Assembly: GCA_020632515.1 (NCBI GenBank) | Contig: JACKFK010000010.1 | Span: 35,735-99,734, forward strand | Source: Candidatus Omnitrophota bacterium | Lineage (GTDB): Bacteria; Omnitrophota; Gorgyraeia; Zapsychrales; Zapsychraceae | Direction: 5' to 3' | DNA length: 64,000 nt | Shown: in pieces, positions 24,702 through 34,756 of the stretch | Layout: every line of letters begins with the position of its first letter | How positions within the stretch are numbered: the stretch's first letter is position 1 | Notes under the pieces: generated by a model | What the model saw: only the letters and a program-made list of their open reading frames with translations | What the model was told of the DNA's origin: nothing | The model's database searches: none | Program-made: the position numbers and the translations under genes

Positions 24702-26189
24702 CTAATCCTTTAGCTCAAAATAAAAAACACTTCCCTGGCCTGGAGTACTATTAAAACCAATCTCTCCATGATGGGCTTCAATAATATATTTACAAATAGC
24801 CAACCCCAATCCATTTGAACTTTCATTTCCTGTTGGTCTTCGTGAAATTTTAGCAAATTTTGTAAATATCAAAACTTGCTCATCTTCAGGAATCCCTCCT
24901 GCCTGATCTTCCACTTCAACGCGTAGCTTTCCATTTCTTTCAGTGACAATAACATGGACTTTATTTTCAGGTTCAGAAAACTTTACGGCATTGCTGATAA
25001 GATTATTCATGACCTGCAATATTTTATCTTTATCAAATTGATATTTAGCCTGATTCACCTGGAGATTCACGGCAAGATCAATTTTCTTACTTTCCGCGAT
25101 TAGCGCGTTCATCACCTTGACTTTACTAAAAAAATCAGCAATATTCACATCTGTTTTCTCAATCTTAAAATTACCTGTTTCTATTTTATTGACATCCAAA
25201 AGATTCTTAATCAACCCAATCATATTCTGAGCAGAGTTATCGATAATAGAAAAAATTTCTTTTTGCGATTCATTCAAATCCCCCAAACCACCCTCTTTGA
25301 GCAAATCAACCGCACTGACAATTCCAGCCAGAGGATTGCGCAAATCATGCGCAGCCATATTAATAAACTGATTCTTTTGCTGATTTAATTCATCTAAATA
25401 TCGGTTCTTTTGCTGAATAGTCTTTTGCAGTAAAGACATTTTTAAATGCGCATTAATACGGACAACTAATTCATCGCGTTGAAAAGGTTTTTGCACATAA
25501 TCATTAGCCCCCGACATAAATGCGTGTATCACCTTACTTTGTTCTGAAAGCGAACTCATAATCACGACTGGTAACAACTTATACTCTTCATAATTTCTTA
25601 ATGCTTTAGTTAAGGAAATCCCATCCATTTCCGGCATTTCAATGTCGGTCAAGACTAAATCAACCGGCTGTTTTCTTACAATTTCTAACGCTTCTCTGCC
25701 ATTTTGCGCGGTTATCAATTCCATATATTCATGCGATAACAAACTTTTTATAACATCGCGACTTAACACACTGTCATCCACAAGTAAAACCGTTCCCTTT
25801 ACCTCCTGCGCTTGGTGATCTGCAGCGGTAAATAAATCCTGTACATATTCCACCAATATTTCATTTGCCTTACTCTTACTGAAGAATTCCGACACGCCAT
25901 TTTCAAACGCCTTAGCTTTTGTTTCAAAACTTTCATCACCAGTGATCATAATGACGGGAATGTTCTTGCATCTTTCTAATTGACGAATCTTCTTACATAG
26001 TTCAAAACCATCTATATCCGGCATATATAAATCTAAGGTAATTAAATCAATTTGATTTGACTCAAGAATTTTTAATGCTTCTTGAGCCTGCGCTGCCTGA
26101 AAAGTTTTAAACCCAGCCGATTCAAATAAATCTTTAAAATAATCTCTAATATGTCCACTATCATCAATAATAAGAATGGTTTTATTCAA
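24702..26189 (-). CDS. Hybrid signalling protein: two REC domains plus HisKA/HATPase_c kinase
   Basis: There are two receiver domains (ILIIDDS..DLITLDLYMPDIDG and VLLVDDS..DLVLTDIEMPEMDG). The H-box MAAHDLRNPL is present. NAVKF..DQAGGI..GLGLAI mark the ATPase domain. Confidence 0.85.
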   Translation of the reverse strand: MNKTILIIDDSGHIRDYFKDLFESAGFKTFQAAQAQEALKILESNQIDLITLDLYMPDIDGFELCKKIRQLERCKNIPVIMITGDESFETKAKAFENGVSEFFSKSKANEILVEYVQDLFTAADHQAQEVKGTVLLVDDSVLSRDVIKSLLSHEYMELITAQNGREALEIVRKQPVDLVLTDIEMPEMDGISLTKALRNYEEYKLLPVVIMSSLSEQSKVIHAFMSGANDYVQKPFQRDELVVRINAHLKMSLLQKTIQQKNRYLDELNQQKNQFINMAAHDLRNPLAGIVSAVDLLKEGGLGDLNESQKEIFSIIDNSAQNMIGLIKNLLDVNKIETGNFKIEKTDVNIADFFSKVKVMNALIAESKKIDLAVNLQVNQAKYQFDKDKILQVMNNLISNAVKFSEPENKVHVIVTERNGKLRVEVEDQAGGIPEDEQVLIFTKFAKISRRPTGNESSNGLGLAICKYIIEAHHGEIGFNSTPGQGSVFYFELKD

Positions 26190-26210
26190 AACTTGTTCTC
26201 CTTTTTATTC

Positions 26211-26693
26211 TTATTTAAATTGATTCTTAACTTTATCTCTTGAAAAATAAATTAACACCCCTCCCGCGAAGACCGTATCAATAAAATACAAAATAAAAAT
26301 TACAATCCAGGTAAATTGTTCAAGACTTAATCTGGCCGAGAGTGTTGATTGCGCGGCAGCAAGATTTGTATAAAAAGGCTGTGCTATTGGTTCAATTAAC
26401 ACATAAGAAAATTTCCAATAGACTGATACAATCGAAAGAACACTTACAATTACAAGAGTCTTTCGAAATATTTCCTTATGAGAAAGTATTCCAATCCCTC
26501 CCACAATCCAACCCAGACGGATCATCCAAGCCCATAAATAACGCATAAATATTTCAAAATTTGAGAATGACACCAGATTTTCTCTAAACTTTGAAACGTT
26601 AATTAAATGGCCGATATTGATTAAGGAATCAAAGACAATAAGAATCACAAAAATGGAAATGCCGATGAGTGGTTGGTGTTTTCTTTTAGGCAT
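26211..26693 (-). CDS. Hypothetical integral membrane protein (4 TM segments)
   Basis: It shows four hydrophobic stretches and sits in the same operon orientation as its neighbours. I recognised no family. Confidence 0.5.
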   Translation of the reverse strand: MPKRKHQPLIGISIFVILIVFDSLINIGHLINVSKFRENLVSFSNFEIFMRYLWAWMIRLGWIVGGIGILSHKEIFRKTLVIVSVLSIVSVYWKFSYVLIEPIAQPFYTNLAAAQSTLSARLSLEQFTWIVIFILYFIDTVFAGGVLIYFSRDKVKNQFK

Positions 26694-26724
26694 ATATAAA
26701 GAAACAGTGAGTTTAATTTACTTC

Positions 26725-27189
26725 TTATTCTTTAAAAATCTCGGAAACGACACGAATAATATCGGTCTGCGTGACAACCCCAATCGGGATAAAATCATCA
26801 TCCACCACGGGAATACACCCAAAACCGCCTTCACCCATTTTAACCATCGCATCCATGAGTAAAGCGTCTCCTTTTAAACTGACAGGTTGAATTGTCATGT
26901 TCTTTTCGATACTATTTAAATCCAATTCGTTATGATCATAATATGCAGTACCATCCGCTGTCTTTTTGGGAGATTGGATCTTATATAAATCTTGAAGAGT
27001 TATCATACCGATCAATTGTTTTCGATCGTTTACAATTAACAAATGTTTTATATTATGTTCGCGAAATTTCAAATCTACTTTATGAAAAGCTTCATCAATA
27101 TTAAGAACAATCGGCGGCGTGCTCATAATTGAACTAAGCTGGACTTGCTTAAACAATTTCTTTACATCAACTTCTTCATTTGCTGCCAT
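26725..27189 (-). CDS. CBS-domain pair protein
   Basis: Two CBS-like repeats are present: IMSTPPIVL...HLLIVNDRKQLIGMITLQDL and MTIQPVSL..IPVVDDDFIPIGVVTQTDI. Confidence 0.8.
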   Translation of the reverse strand: MAANEEVDVKKLFKQVQLSSIMSTPPIVLNIDEAFHKVDLKFREHNIKHLLIVNDRKQLIGMITLQDLYKIQSPKKTADGTAYYDHNELDLNSIEKNMTIQPVSLKGDALLMDAMVKMGEGGFGCIPVVDDDFIPIGVVTQTDIIRVVSEIFKE

Positions 27190-27203
27190 GCTAACCTCTC
27201 ATT

Positions 27204-28565
27204 TTATCCAATATCCGCTAAAATTTTATTCCGGTCTAATCCTAAACCTGCCGTTGCTTCAGATGGGGCACGATTATACGATCGGCAAAAAGTTGTGACT
27301 TCCTTGAGAGTAGACATCCCCTCTTTATCGAGATGTTCAATAAGACGGGCTCTTAAAATATGTTCCTTCATAATTTCTTTTGGTGTTAAACCTGATTGCT
27401 TGGATAATCGGTCTCTAAAAACTGTACTGGGAGAAATAGATTTAACTTTATGCTGTTCGTAATCATATTTATAAACACCCGACAATAGAATCTTCACCTG
27501 CTCCATTCCGCTGGTCTCACTAACCTCATCCACAACACGATAAAGTTTATCTTTTACATGATACCGTTTTAACACAATAAAAACGTCAATTAAGTTCACT
27601 AACATTTCGGGGATATTCATCGGTTCATTCTGCAAACGAATAATAGCTTCACGGGATGTCAAAGCATGAATGGTGCCCATACAATACTTTCCGATATTAC
27701 ATGCTGTGATCATATCCCTTGCTTCATCACCACGAACCTCTCCAACAATAATTCTTTCTGGGCGCATCCGGAGACTATTTTTAACTAGATCAGCCAATGT
27801 CACTTCAGCATCACTTTCCAGACGGGAACAACTATCTTCCAAAAACGTATTCAACTCAAGGGTATCTTCAATAACAACCATCCGGTCAGTCTGCGGAATA
27901 AAGCTAAATAAAGCGTTCAACAAAGTTGTTTTTCCAACACCTGGCCCTCCTGCGATCATAATATTAGCTGGACGAATCGACATTCCTTCAATGTACATCC
28001 ACAACTGAGCCGCGACTTCATAAGTTAAACTTCCAGCTCGAATTAAATCAATAATACTTAAAGGCGTTACTTTTGCCTTGGTAATAGTAATTTGCGGACC
28101 AAAAGGCGAAAGCGCGATATTCACGCGCCCCTCCAGTTTGGGAAGCTCTAAATTAACAATTTTCTCCAAATGTTTCCGGCCGGCAAAAAGTAATAATTTA
28201 CGGACAAACAAATCCATAGCTTTCTGCGTCGGAAAACGATGCGGGGTCTGAATAAAACCTTTTTCACTGTGATGAATGTAGACAGGTTTTAAATTATTAA
28301 TGATAATATCTTCGACGTGAATATCACATAATAATTCAGTAATAATACTGTAGGATAAAAAATCTTTAATAAACTTAATCTTATTTTCTTCTGAATCAAA
28401 GTAAACTTTAAATTCGGAAAACTCTCCTTTTTTCAAAATCGCTTCAAGATATTTTAATACCATCCCTTCCCGTTCCTGCTGGTCTTGCATCAAATTCATT
28501 TTCCCCAGCATAAGATTAACTAAACGGGATTCTAAAGATAAAAAGTCTAATTTTTCCATATACAA
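27204..28565 (-). CDS. Type II/IV secretion-family ATPase (CpaF/FlaI/VirB11-like), orphan
   Basis: Walker A GGPGVGKTTLLNAL is present, followed by VVIEDTLEL. RMRPERIIVGEVRGDEA gives Walker B and the Asp box. GTIHA is the His box. Confidence 0.8.
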   Translation of the reverse strand: MYMEKLDFLSLESRLVNLMLGKMNLMQDQQEREGMVLKYLEAILKKGEFSEFKVYFDSEENKIKFIKDFLSYSIITELLCDIHVEDIIINNLKPVYIHHSEKGFIQTPHRFPTQKAMDLFVRKLLLFAGRKHLEKIVNLELPKLEGRVNIALSPFGPQITITKAKVTPLSIIDLIRAGSLTYEVAAQLWMYIEGMSIRPANIMIAGGPGVGKTTLLNALFSFIPQTDRMVVIEDTLELNTFLEDSCSRLESDAEVTLADLVKNSLRMRPERIIVGEVRGDEARDMITACNIGKYCMGTIHALTSREAIIRLQNEPMNIPEMLVNLIDVFIVLKRYHVKDKLYRVVDEVSETSGMEQVKILLSGVYKYDYEQHKVKSISPSTVFRDRLSKQSGLTPKEIMKEHILRARLIEHLDKEGMSTLKEVTTFCRSYNRAPSEATAGLGLDRNKILADIG

Positions 28566-28568
28566 ATT

Positions 28569-31193
28569 TTAAGGTTGAACGACTTCAGTCTTTTTAATAG
28601 GTCGAGTAATAACTGCCGCATATTTATTTAAATCCAAATATTCCTTGGCCAAACGCTGAATATCTTCTTTAGTAACCTGGTCAATTTTCTGATCAAAATC
28701 CTGGTAAGCCAAATATCCTAATCCATATAATTCATCCAACCCGCTAGCAAAACTTAAAGATGCATTTGTTTGCAAATCAGATTTAAAATTTCCTTTTAAA
28801 TAAGTTTTGATATCTTTCAATTCCTGATCAGAGATCAGCTCATTCTGCAATTTCTTAATTTCCTGTAAAATAATTTCTTTGCTTTTTATAACATTTTCAT
28901 CTGTTGTTAACACATAAAAATAACTATACCCTAATTCAATTCCAGGGACGTAAAAACCGCCTAACGTATAGGCCCGCCCTAAATCTTCTCTGATTTTTGT
29001 AAATAACCGGCCGCTGAACGATGAACCGATTAAAGTGGTTAAAACCTCTACCCCATACCTTTCTTGATCAAACATTGATGGCGCGTGAAATCCAACTAAA
29101 ACCATGGCTTGCTGTTTATCCATGAAGATACTTTTTTCCCGCGGAGAATTAATATCCGGTTCATAATTGCGCGCCAACTTCATTTCTTTTTTCTTAATAG
29201 TCTTAAATTTTACTTTAATTTGCTTTAATACTTCTTGTGCATTTATATCTCCAAAAACAGATAAAACCATATTATTCGGCGTCAAGAATTTCTGATATTG
29301 CTGTTCACATGTTTTTTGTGACAAGCGCAAAATCGATTCTTTACTTCCCCCTTCATATAATCGAAAAGGGTGTTTTTCAAATAGCAATTGCCTTAATTGA
29401 AAACCACTGTTACGGCTAATATCAAAATCCCGTTCGCGTAGACTAGCCGACATATCTTCCTTAATTTGCGCTATTTCATCGGAAGGAAAAACAGGATTCT
29501 TAACAACATCTTCTAATAAATTTAAAGCAGTGTCTATATCTTGTGATAAAAAATCTAACGTCAGGCCAAAACTATTTTTACCCGCGAAACTATTCAAGCT
29601 CATTCCCAACCCTTCAGTCAATGCAGAAATTTCTTTCGCCGTTTTCGATTTTGTTCCTTTAATCCAGGCATCTGCCATTAATTCGGTGACTCCGTTAATC
29701 TCATCGTTTTCTTCGCGCAATCCACCCCGCAAATTTAAACGTAGTGACACCAGTGGAAAATCATGATCTTCCCGCAGCAAAACCGTTAATCCATTATCTA
29801 AAATGACTTTTTGAATATCTTCTACAACTTTATTGCTTGTAGAAGACGCTGTTTCTAGCGAAGGTGCTGCTTCTTTATTTTGGGGTTTTAGAATAATGAC
29901 GTTCTCGGCCTGATCTACCAAATACCGATTCGCTGCCAATATTATATCTTCTGCTGAAACATTTTCTACAGCCTTAACATAATTCTCTGAGAATTTATAA
30001 TCTCCGGTAAAAGCCTCGTCCAAAGAACGGGAAGAAGCCACACTGGCTGGGGTTTGGTTTGCAAAAACATACCCGCTTAACGTTTGGCGTTTGGCGCGCT
30101 CTAATTCCTCTTTGTCTACTCCTTTTTCTTTAATCAATGCCACCTGTTTAAGAATCTCGGCCTTAACCGTTTCAATATTCTTTTCTTCCAAGAGACAACT
30201 GATTTCAAACAGTCCGCGATCAACTGGTGTAAAATTATAACTGGAAATCTGATAAACCAACTTTTGTTTCTGATAAATATCCTGATAAAGACGAGAGCTC
30301 TCCCCTTGTCCTAAAATCATGGCTAATACATCCATGGCATATAAATCACGATCTAACAAACTCACCCCCGGATAGGCGATGCTTAAACGCGCTAAATCCG
30401 TGGCATACGTATCTTCATAATGTCGCGGGGTAATCTGCTGCGCGACTGCCGGCAAATTCCGTTCTTCATATTTACCTCGGGCAACCTTTTCAAATGTTTC
30501 TGTTACTTCGGAAAGAATATCTTCGCCTTTAATATTTCCTGCAATCGAGACAATGATATTATTAGGCATATAATGGGTTTTATAATAATCATACAATTCA
30601 TCGCGGCTTACAGCCCCAAAAAGATTTTCATATCCGATAATAGGGTGCCGGTAAGGATGGTTTAAATACATCGTTTGAAAAGTCATTAAACTTTGAATTC
30701 GATCTGGATTATCATTGTACAGACGCATTTCCCCAAAGATGACTTCTCGTTCTTTTTCAAATTCATCGTGAGGAATTGTCGCTTTAAACAACATTTCATT
30801 CATGATCTTTAATCCGGTGGAAAATGCTTCATGCGGAACCGTGATTTTATACATGGTAAAATCAAAGCTCGTTGACGCGTTAATATCGCCTCCCAAGGCC
30901 TGAACCGTGCTGGCAATTTCACCCATTTGATAACTTTCAGTCCCCTTAAAAAGCATATGTTCTAAAAAATGCGACACACCTGTTCCTAACAGTTTCCCCT
31001 CCGTAGCTGAACCGGCTTTTACCAACGCATAAATTGAAACCACCGGAGAAGACGGCATTTCACTAATAACCACAGTCAATCCATTATCCAAGACATATTT
31101 ATTGGCTTTACCTTCATACGCAAAAATATTCACTGGCAGAAAAACCGTAGTGCTTAAAATTAAAATCCATAACAACTTGATATATTTATTCAT
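28569..31193 (-). CDS. M16-family zinc peptidase (double pitrilysin-like module)
   Basis: It has a signal peptide, the HxxEH motif GVSHFLEHMLFKGT, and a second inactive M16-like half. Confidence 0.85.
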   Translation of the reverse strand: MNKYIKLLWILILSTTVFLPVNIFAYEGKANKYVLDNGLTVVISEMPSSPVVSIYALVKAGSATEGKLLGTGVSHFLEHMLFKGTESYQMGEIASTVQALGGDINASTSFDFTMYKITVPHEAFSTGLKIMNEMLFKATIPHDEFEKEREVIFGEMRLYNDNPDRIQSLMTFQTMYLNHPYRHPIIGYENLFGAVSRDELYDYYKTHYMPNNIIVSIAGNIKGEDILSEVTETFEKVARGKYEERNLPAVAQQITPRHYEDTYATDLARLSIAYPGVSLLDRDLYAMDVLAMILGQGESSRLYQDIYQKQKLVYQISSYNFTPVDRGLFEISCLLEEKNIETVKAEILKQVALIKEKGVDKEELERAKRQTLSGYVFANQTPASVASSRSLDEAFTGDYKFSENYVKAVENVSAEDIILAANRYLVDQAENVIILKPQNKEAAPSLETASSTSNKVVEDIQKVILDNGLTVLLREDHDFPLVSLRLNLRGGLREENDEINGVTELMADAWIKGTKSKTAKEISALTEGLGMSLNSFAGKNSFGLTLDFLSQDIDTALNLLEDVVKNPVFPSDEIAQIKEDMSASLRERDFDISRNSGFQLRQLLFEKHPFRLYEGGSKESILRLSQKTCEQQYQKFLTPNNMVLSVFGDINAQEVLKQIKVKFKTIKKKEMKLARNYEPDINSPREKSIFMDKQQAMVLVGFHAPSMFDQERYGVEVLTTLIGSSFSGRLFTKIREDLGRAYTLGGFYVPGIELGYSYFYVLTTDENVIKSKEIILQEIKKLQNELISDQELKDIKTYLKGNFKSDLQTNASLSFASGLDELYGLGYLAYQDFDQKIDQVTKEDIQRLAKEYLDLNKYAAVITRPIKKTEVVQP

Positions 31194-31727
31194 TTATTGA
31201 TCTTCCTTTTTGCGATACTCTTCCATTAAACGGCGGATATCCTGATCCGCGTTTTTAATAATTTGACTGCAAATAAAAACCAATAACGAAAACTGCCAAT
31301 AATCCTCCGGCCCAGTCAGAAGCCCGGTTTGCACGTTTTCCTGTTTCTGCAAAAGGTCTTGATAGTATTCAATGGCTTTAGACATCTTTCCTTCAAAAAT
31401 ATCTAAAGAATGTGTTTTATTATCATAGTACATCGAAGGCATGCTGATCCCGCGGACCAAAAGGAAATTAACAAGATTATTCTGCTGAAAAGGATTTTGT
31501 TCGAAATCAAATCCTTTAAATTGCGGATTATTTGGGGGAACGATAATGGATGGTTTATTAACCAACACCTCTCCCTGGCGAACCACAGTATCACCAAGGT
31601 TTACTGTTGATTCACATAAAAGAATATACGGCACCCGGGTGTCCGCGTGCGTCATAAGTGCCTGCACGCGGGAACGGATGATTTCCGTGTTGCGTAACGC
31701 GTTATTCCAAGCTTTTTCAAAGTCCAT
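31194..31727 (-). CDS. Hypothetical protein
   Basis: The ORF is long and uninterrupted, and its stop abuts the start of the M16 peptidase gene. I recognised no motif. Confidence 0.5.
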   Translation of the reverse strand: MDFEKAWNNALRNTEIIRSRVQALMTHADTRVPYILLCESTVNLGDTVVRQGEVLVNKPSIIVPPNNPQFKGFDFEQNPFQQNNLVNFLLVRGISMPSMYYDNKTHSLDIFEGKMSKAIEYYQDLLQKQENVQTGLLTGPEDYWQFSLLVFICSQIIKNADQDIRRLMEEYRKKEDQ

Positions 31728-31811
31728 GATATTTACTAAATAAAATTGTATACGGCTCTTCCTGTGTTTCGTGATTTAAGAATTAACCACAAGTTGCAAG
31801 CCATGATTTTA

Positions 31812-31903
31812 TGGCGGAGAGGGAGAGATTCGAACTCTCGAGCCATCTTACGACGACCACACACTTTCCAGGCGTGCGCCTTCAACCACTCGGCCACCTC
31901 TCC
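31812..31903 (-). tRNA. tRNA-Ser (anticodon GGA), CCA encoded
   Basis: The acceptor is GGAGAGG/CCTCTCC and the anticodon stem-loop is CACGC-CTGGAAA-GTGTG. It has a long variable arm and the T-loop AGTTCGAATCT. Confidence 0.9.
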
Positions 31904-32185
31904 CGTCATTTTTATTTAAAGTCTATTAGAAAAATGACGAGGCTCGTTCATTTTTCATTTTGCTTAAATTCTTCACAATGAACGGCCTTACATGTCGTAA
32001 ATTTCAGGATCTCGAATCCCGATTTTCGGGATGAAAAATTTACTATTAACTTACCTACGCCAATTAAAGGTTGTTCATCATATCAAAAAAATAAAGGCCA
32101 GGCAATTAAATATCCTAAAACACATCCTTTTGCCTTCCTTTCTCGATTAGCATTAACAAATCTTATCTGAATAAATATTTCATCA

Positions 32186-32425
32186 TTATTCTATTCCAAA
32201 TCCAAAAATACCGCTTTTAAAGTCCTTTAACAATGCCCTTGTTTCTTCTAATTGATTTCTAGCAATCATCACTCTCGCTGGTGCGACCAATGGACGAACT
32301 TGCATAAAATTCTCACCTTCAATATGATAAACAATATCGTGAGCATCTAATATTGATTTAATAAAAGCAATGTCTCCTGAATTAAAAGTTTTTAATAGTG
32401 GAACAAATTGAATAGGTTCAAGCAT
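32186..32425 (-). CDS. Small DUF2007-like protein
   Basis: Its 79-aa size and the pattern GDIAFIKSILDAHDIVYHIEGENF fit the family. The assignment is tentative. Confidence 0.45.
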   Translation of the reverse strand: MLEPIQFVPLLKTFNSGDIAFIKSILDAHDIVYHIEGENFMQVRPLVAPARVMIARNQLEETRALLKDFKSGIFGFGIE

Positions 32426-32494
32426 ATTTATTATGGTAAGTACAATGTGGTAAGCGTTTTAACAAAACGGATTACTACTTAACACAATTCTGTA

Positions 32495-32818
32495 TCACTG
32501 TTTTTCAACCGGATATAATTCTTTCCATTCCTCAAACCCGCCGATAAGACTGTACACATCCTTCACGCCTTGCTCAAAAAAATACTGTGCCGCCATTTGG
32601 CTGGAGTGCCCATGATAACAGTAACAAAGAATCGGTTTGGATTTATCCAAATTATGCAAAAAAGTTTCAATATTATGGTCATTAACTAAAACAGCTTTAT
32701 GAATATGCGCTTCCTCATAGGATGCGGGATCTCTGATATCCACAATAATTATATCTTCCCGCGCGATTAAATCTTTCGCCTGCTGCGGGTTAACCTGTTT
32801 CATAGAAAAATTTCTCAC
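32495..32818 (-). CDS. Rhodanese-domain sulfurtransferase (GlpE-like)
   Basis: The active-site loop CYCYHGHSS is present, and the size fits a single rhodanese domain. Confidence 0.8.
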   Translation of the reverse strand: MRNFSMKQVNPQQAKDLIAREDIIIVDIRDPASYEEAHIHKAVLVNDHNIETFLHNLDKSKPILCYCYHGHSSQMAAQYFFEQGVKDVYSLIGGFEEWKELYPVEKQ

Positions 32819-32826
32819 AGTTCTTC

Positions 32827-33318
32827 TTATTTCTTACTGATCATTTCCTTCTGCGTTTTTGTCATGTGCTTCTTATCAAACTTAATCTTAATACCGCCTC
32901 GGCCCAATGTTAAATCAAATCCTTCGCTGTCATTTTTTAAATACATCGTGACGCCATGACGATTGATGAGAAATACTCCAGACTTTCCGGTTTCCTTTAA
33001 CGTAATAGATGCCTTTGCCTGAAAATACACGCCTTCAAATTCTGCAAGATCATCCAAATGATAAATGTTTCCTGTAGCCTCTACATTAACTTTGCCGATA
33101 CTGCCAATCTGCATCCCCTTCATCTTAAAAGGATATTCCTGTCCTTGAAACGTTAAAACGCCTTCCCCTTTTTGTCCGCCAACACCAATCGCGAATTCCT
33201 TAATGGAAATTTCCACAGATCCGGTTGGATCTGATTTTGCTCCTGCCATCGGCGCATTCAACAATACGACCATCCCGCAGACGGTTAATAACCGCGCTAG
33301 CTTTTTTACCCTGTTCAT
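32827..33318 (-). CDS. Hypothetical secreted protein
   Basis: It has a signal peptide (LLTVCGMVVLLNAPMAGA). I did not recognise the family. Confidence 0.5.
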   Translation of the reverse strand: MNRVKKLARLLTVCGMVVLLNAPMAGAKSDPTGSVEISIKEFAIGVGGQKGEGVLTFQGQEYPFKMKGMQIGSIGKVNVEATGNIYHLDDLAEFEGVYFQAKASITLKETGKSGVFLINRHGVTMYLKNDSEGFDLTLGRGGIKIKFDKKHMTKTQKEMISKK

Positions 33319-33698
33319 TTTTCATCCTTTGGTTAATGGTTAGAGATTCAAGTTTTATCGTGAATCAGGCTTCTATTTTCTATCAAAAAATATCACCCCA
33401 CGCAATGAAAAACCCGAAAAAACCCCAAATGGTTTTTCACACCTTTTATATGTTATACTTCAAATAATGATGTTCGTTCTTTAAGAAATACTTGAAAGGT
33501 AAACTATTCGAAAGGATAGGACCCCGTGAGGGTATTAATGCGAGACCTAATCTCTCATTAATAACAAAGCCGTGAGTCTTCCTTTATTACTTCCAATTTT
33601 TTCTCATGTCGTAATAAAGATGACCGTCTGGCCGCCGCGAAAAACGCGTTAAACAAAACTCTTTCCCTCGTCCTTCTCTTTCGAATATAGGTAGAAAA

Positions 33699-33977
33699 AT
33701 GAAGGACAAAATAACACTTAAAATTATCATATTAACACTGCTATTCTGGCAGGCTGGAATTTCATCCGGTTTCAGCACGGTCAGCCGGAGTGTCAGTTAT
33801 AAACTTTCGGTTACTATTCCACCGCATGTCCACACCGTCAACACCAATGCTCTGGAACAAATCAGTTCGATTGAAGAACTCAACGCCCAATCCAGAGCCC
33901 ATCATCAAGATTATCTTATGGAAGAGATCATCCGCGCGGAAGAAACCATGCTCCTGCGAACCTTTGTGGTGAGATAA
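33699..33977 (+). CDS. Hypothetical small secreted protein
   Basis: It has an N-terminal hydrophobic segment and AGGTAG upstream. It competes with antisense ORFs, so the call is weak. Confidence 0.35.
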   Translation: MKDKITLKIIILTLLFWQAGISSGFSTVSRSVSYKLSVTIPPHVHTVNTNALEQISSIEELNAQSRAHHQDYLMEEIIRAEETMLLRTFVVR

Positions 33978-33985
33978 AATACTTA

Positions 33986-34441
33986 TCAAATTTTCTTATA
34001 AAAAGTATCCAACATTTCAAAACCATTAGTTTTATAAACATGATCAAAACTAAAGATCGCATCAACTTTAAAAAAACTCATCAGTGCCATATTCGTGCAA
34101 TCTGTAAAACTTACATTTTTAGATTTTTGAGCTGCAAAAATGCTAATAGCTAACTCTTCCATCTCTGGTGTTATCCATTTTGTCAAAATGCTAGATTCCG
34201 GCGATCTGATGTTATCAATAAACTGCAAAGCCACCGAATGGCCTATCCGTTGACTAAGAACTGTAATAACTTCACTATATACATAGTTCGAACTACAAAA
34301 AATAATATTCTTATCCTTTAATGAATAAAATAAATTCTTAGCTTTATTATGATTAGTATCATCTTTTTTAACAATTGCAATAAAAGCATCTGAATCAATG
34401 AAAACAACTTTTGCTTTATTTTTTTCTTTTTGGCGTGCCAT
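33986..34441 (-). CDS. vapC: PIN-domain toxin (VapC-like)
   Basis: VVFIDSDAFIAI carries the first acidic residue of the PIN fold. FTDCTNMALM is the C-terminal motif. It overlaps the upstream RHH gene. Confidence 0.75.
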   Translation of the reverse strand: MARQKEKNKAKVVFIDSDAFIAIVKKDDTNHNKAKNLFYSLKDKNIIFCSSNYVYSEVITVLSQRIGHSVALQFIDNIRSPESSILTKWITPEMEELAISIFAAQKSKNVSFTDCTNMALMSFFKVDAIFSFDHVYKTNGFEMLDTFYKKI

Positions 34442-34676
34442 ATAAATAGTGATCTACCTGCTGAGAAAGATCCTTGGGAGAGCCTGTTGCTTGAATAGCA
34501 AATAATTTTGTAAGAGCTTCTTTACCGCTAAAATCTCCTTCTTCCCGCTCTTTAAGTCCTTTATCAATTAAATCACGTACAAGCTGAGCCATAGGCTTTC
34601 CTCTTTGAGATGCTAACCTAGTAAGCCTTTGATGAAGATCTTTAGGTAAATAAATTTGTGTTCTTACCATAATCAT
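34416..34676 (-). CDS. vapB: Ribbon-helix-helix antitoxin (VapB/CopG-like)
   Basis: MVRTQIYLPKDLHQRLTRLASQRGKPMAQLVRDLI is a typical RHH N-terminus. Confidence 0.75.
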   Translation of the reverse strand: MIMVRTQIYLPKDLHQRLTRLASQRGKPMAQLVRDLIDKGLKEREEGDFSGKEALTKLFAIQATGSPKDLSQQVDHYLYGTPKRKK

Positions 34677-34756
34677 ATTTCAAATATACATTACCTACAT
34701 ACATCTGTCAAGAGTTGACCAAAACTTATTCTGGGGGATGATTGATCTACAATTTT

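Noticed and set aside
33490-33580. A c-di-GMP-I (GEMM-I) riboswitch
   Set aside because: Only fragments of the consensus are present, and the GGAC...CAAAGCC core is split by an insertion of about 45 nt. Without a covariance-model score I will not call the class. I kept it only as a generic structured-leader candidate.
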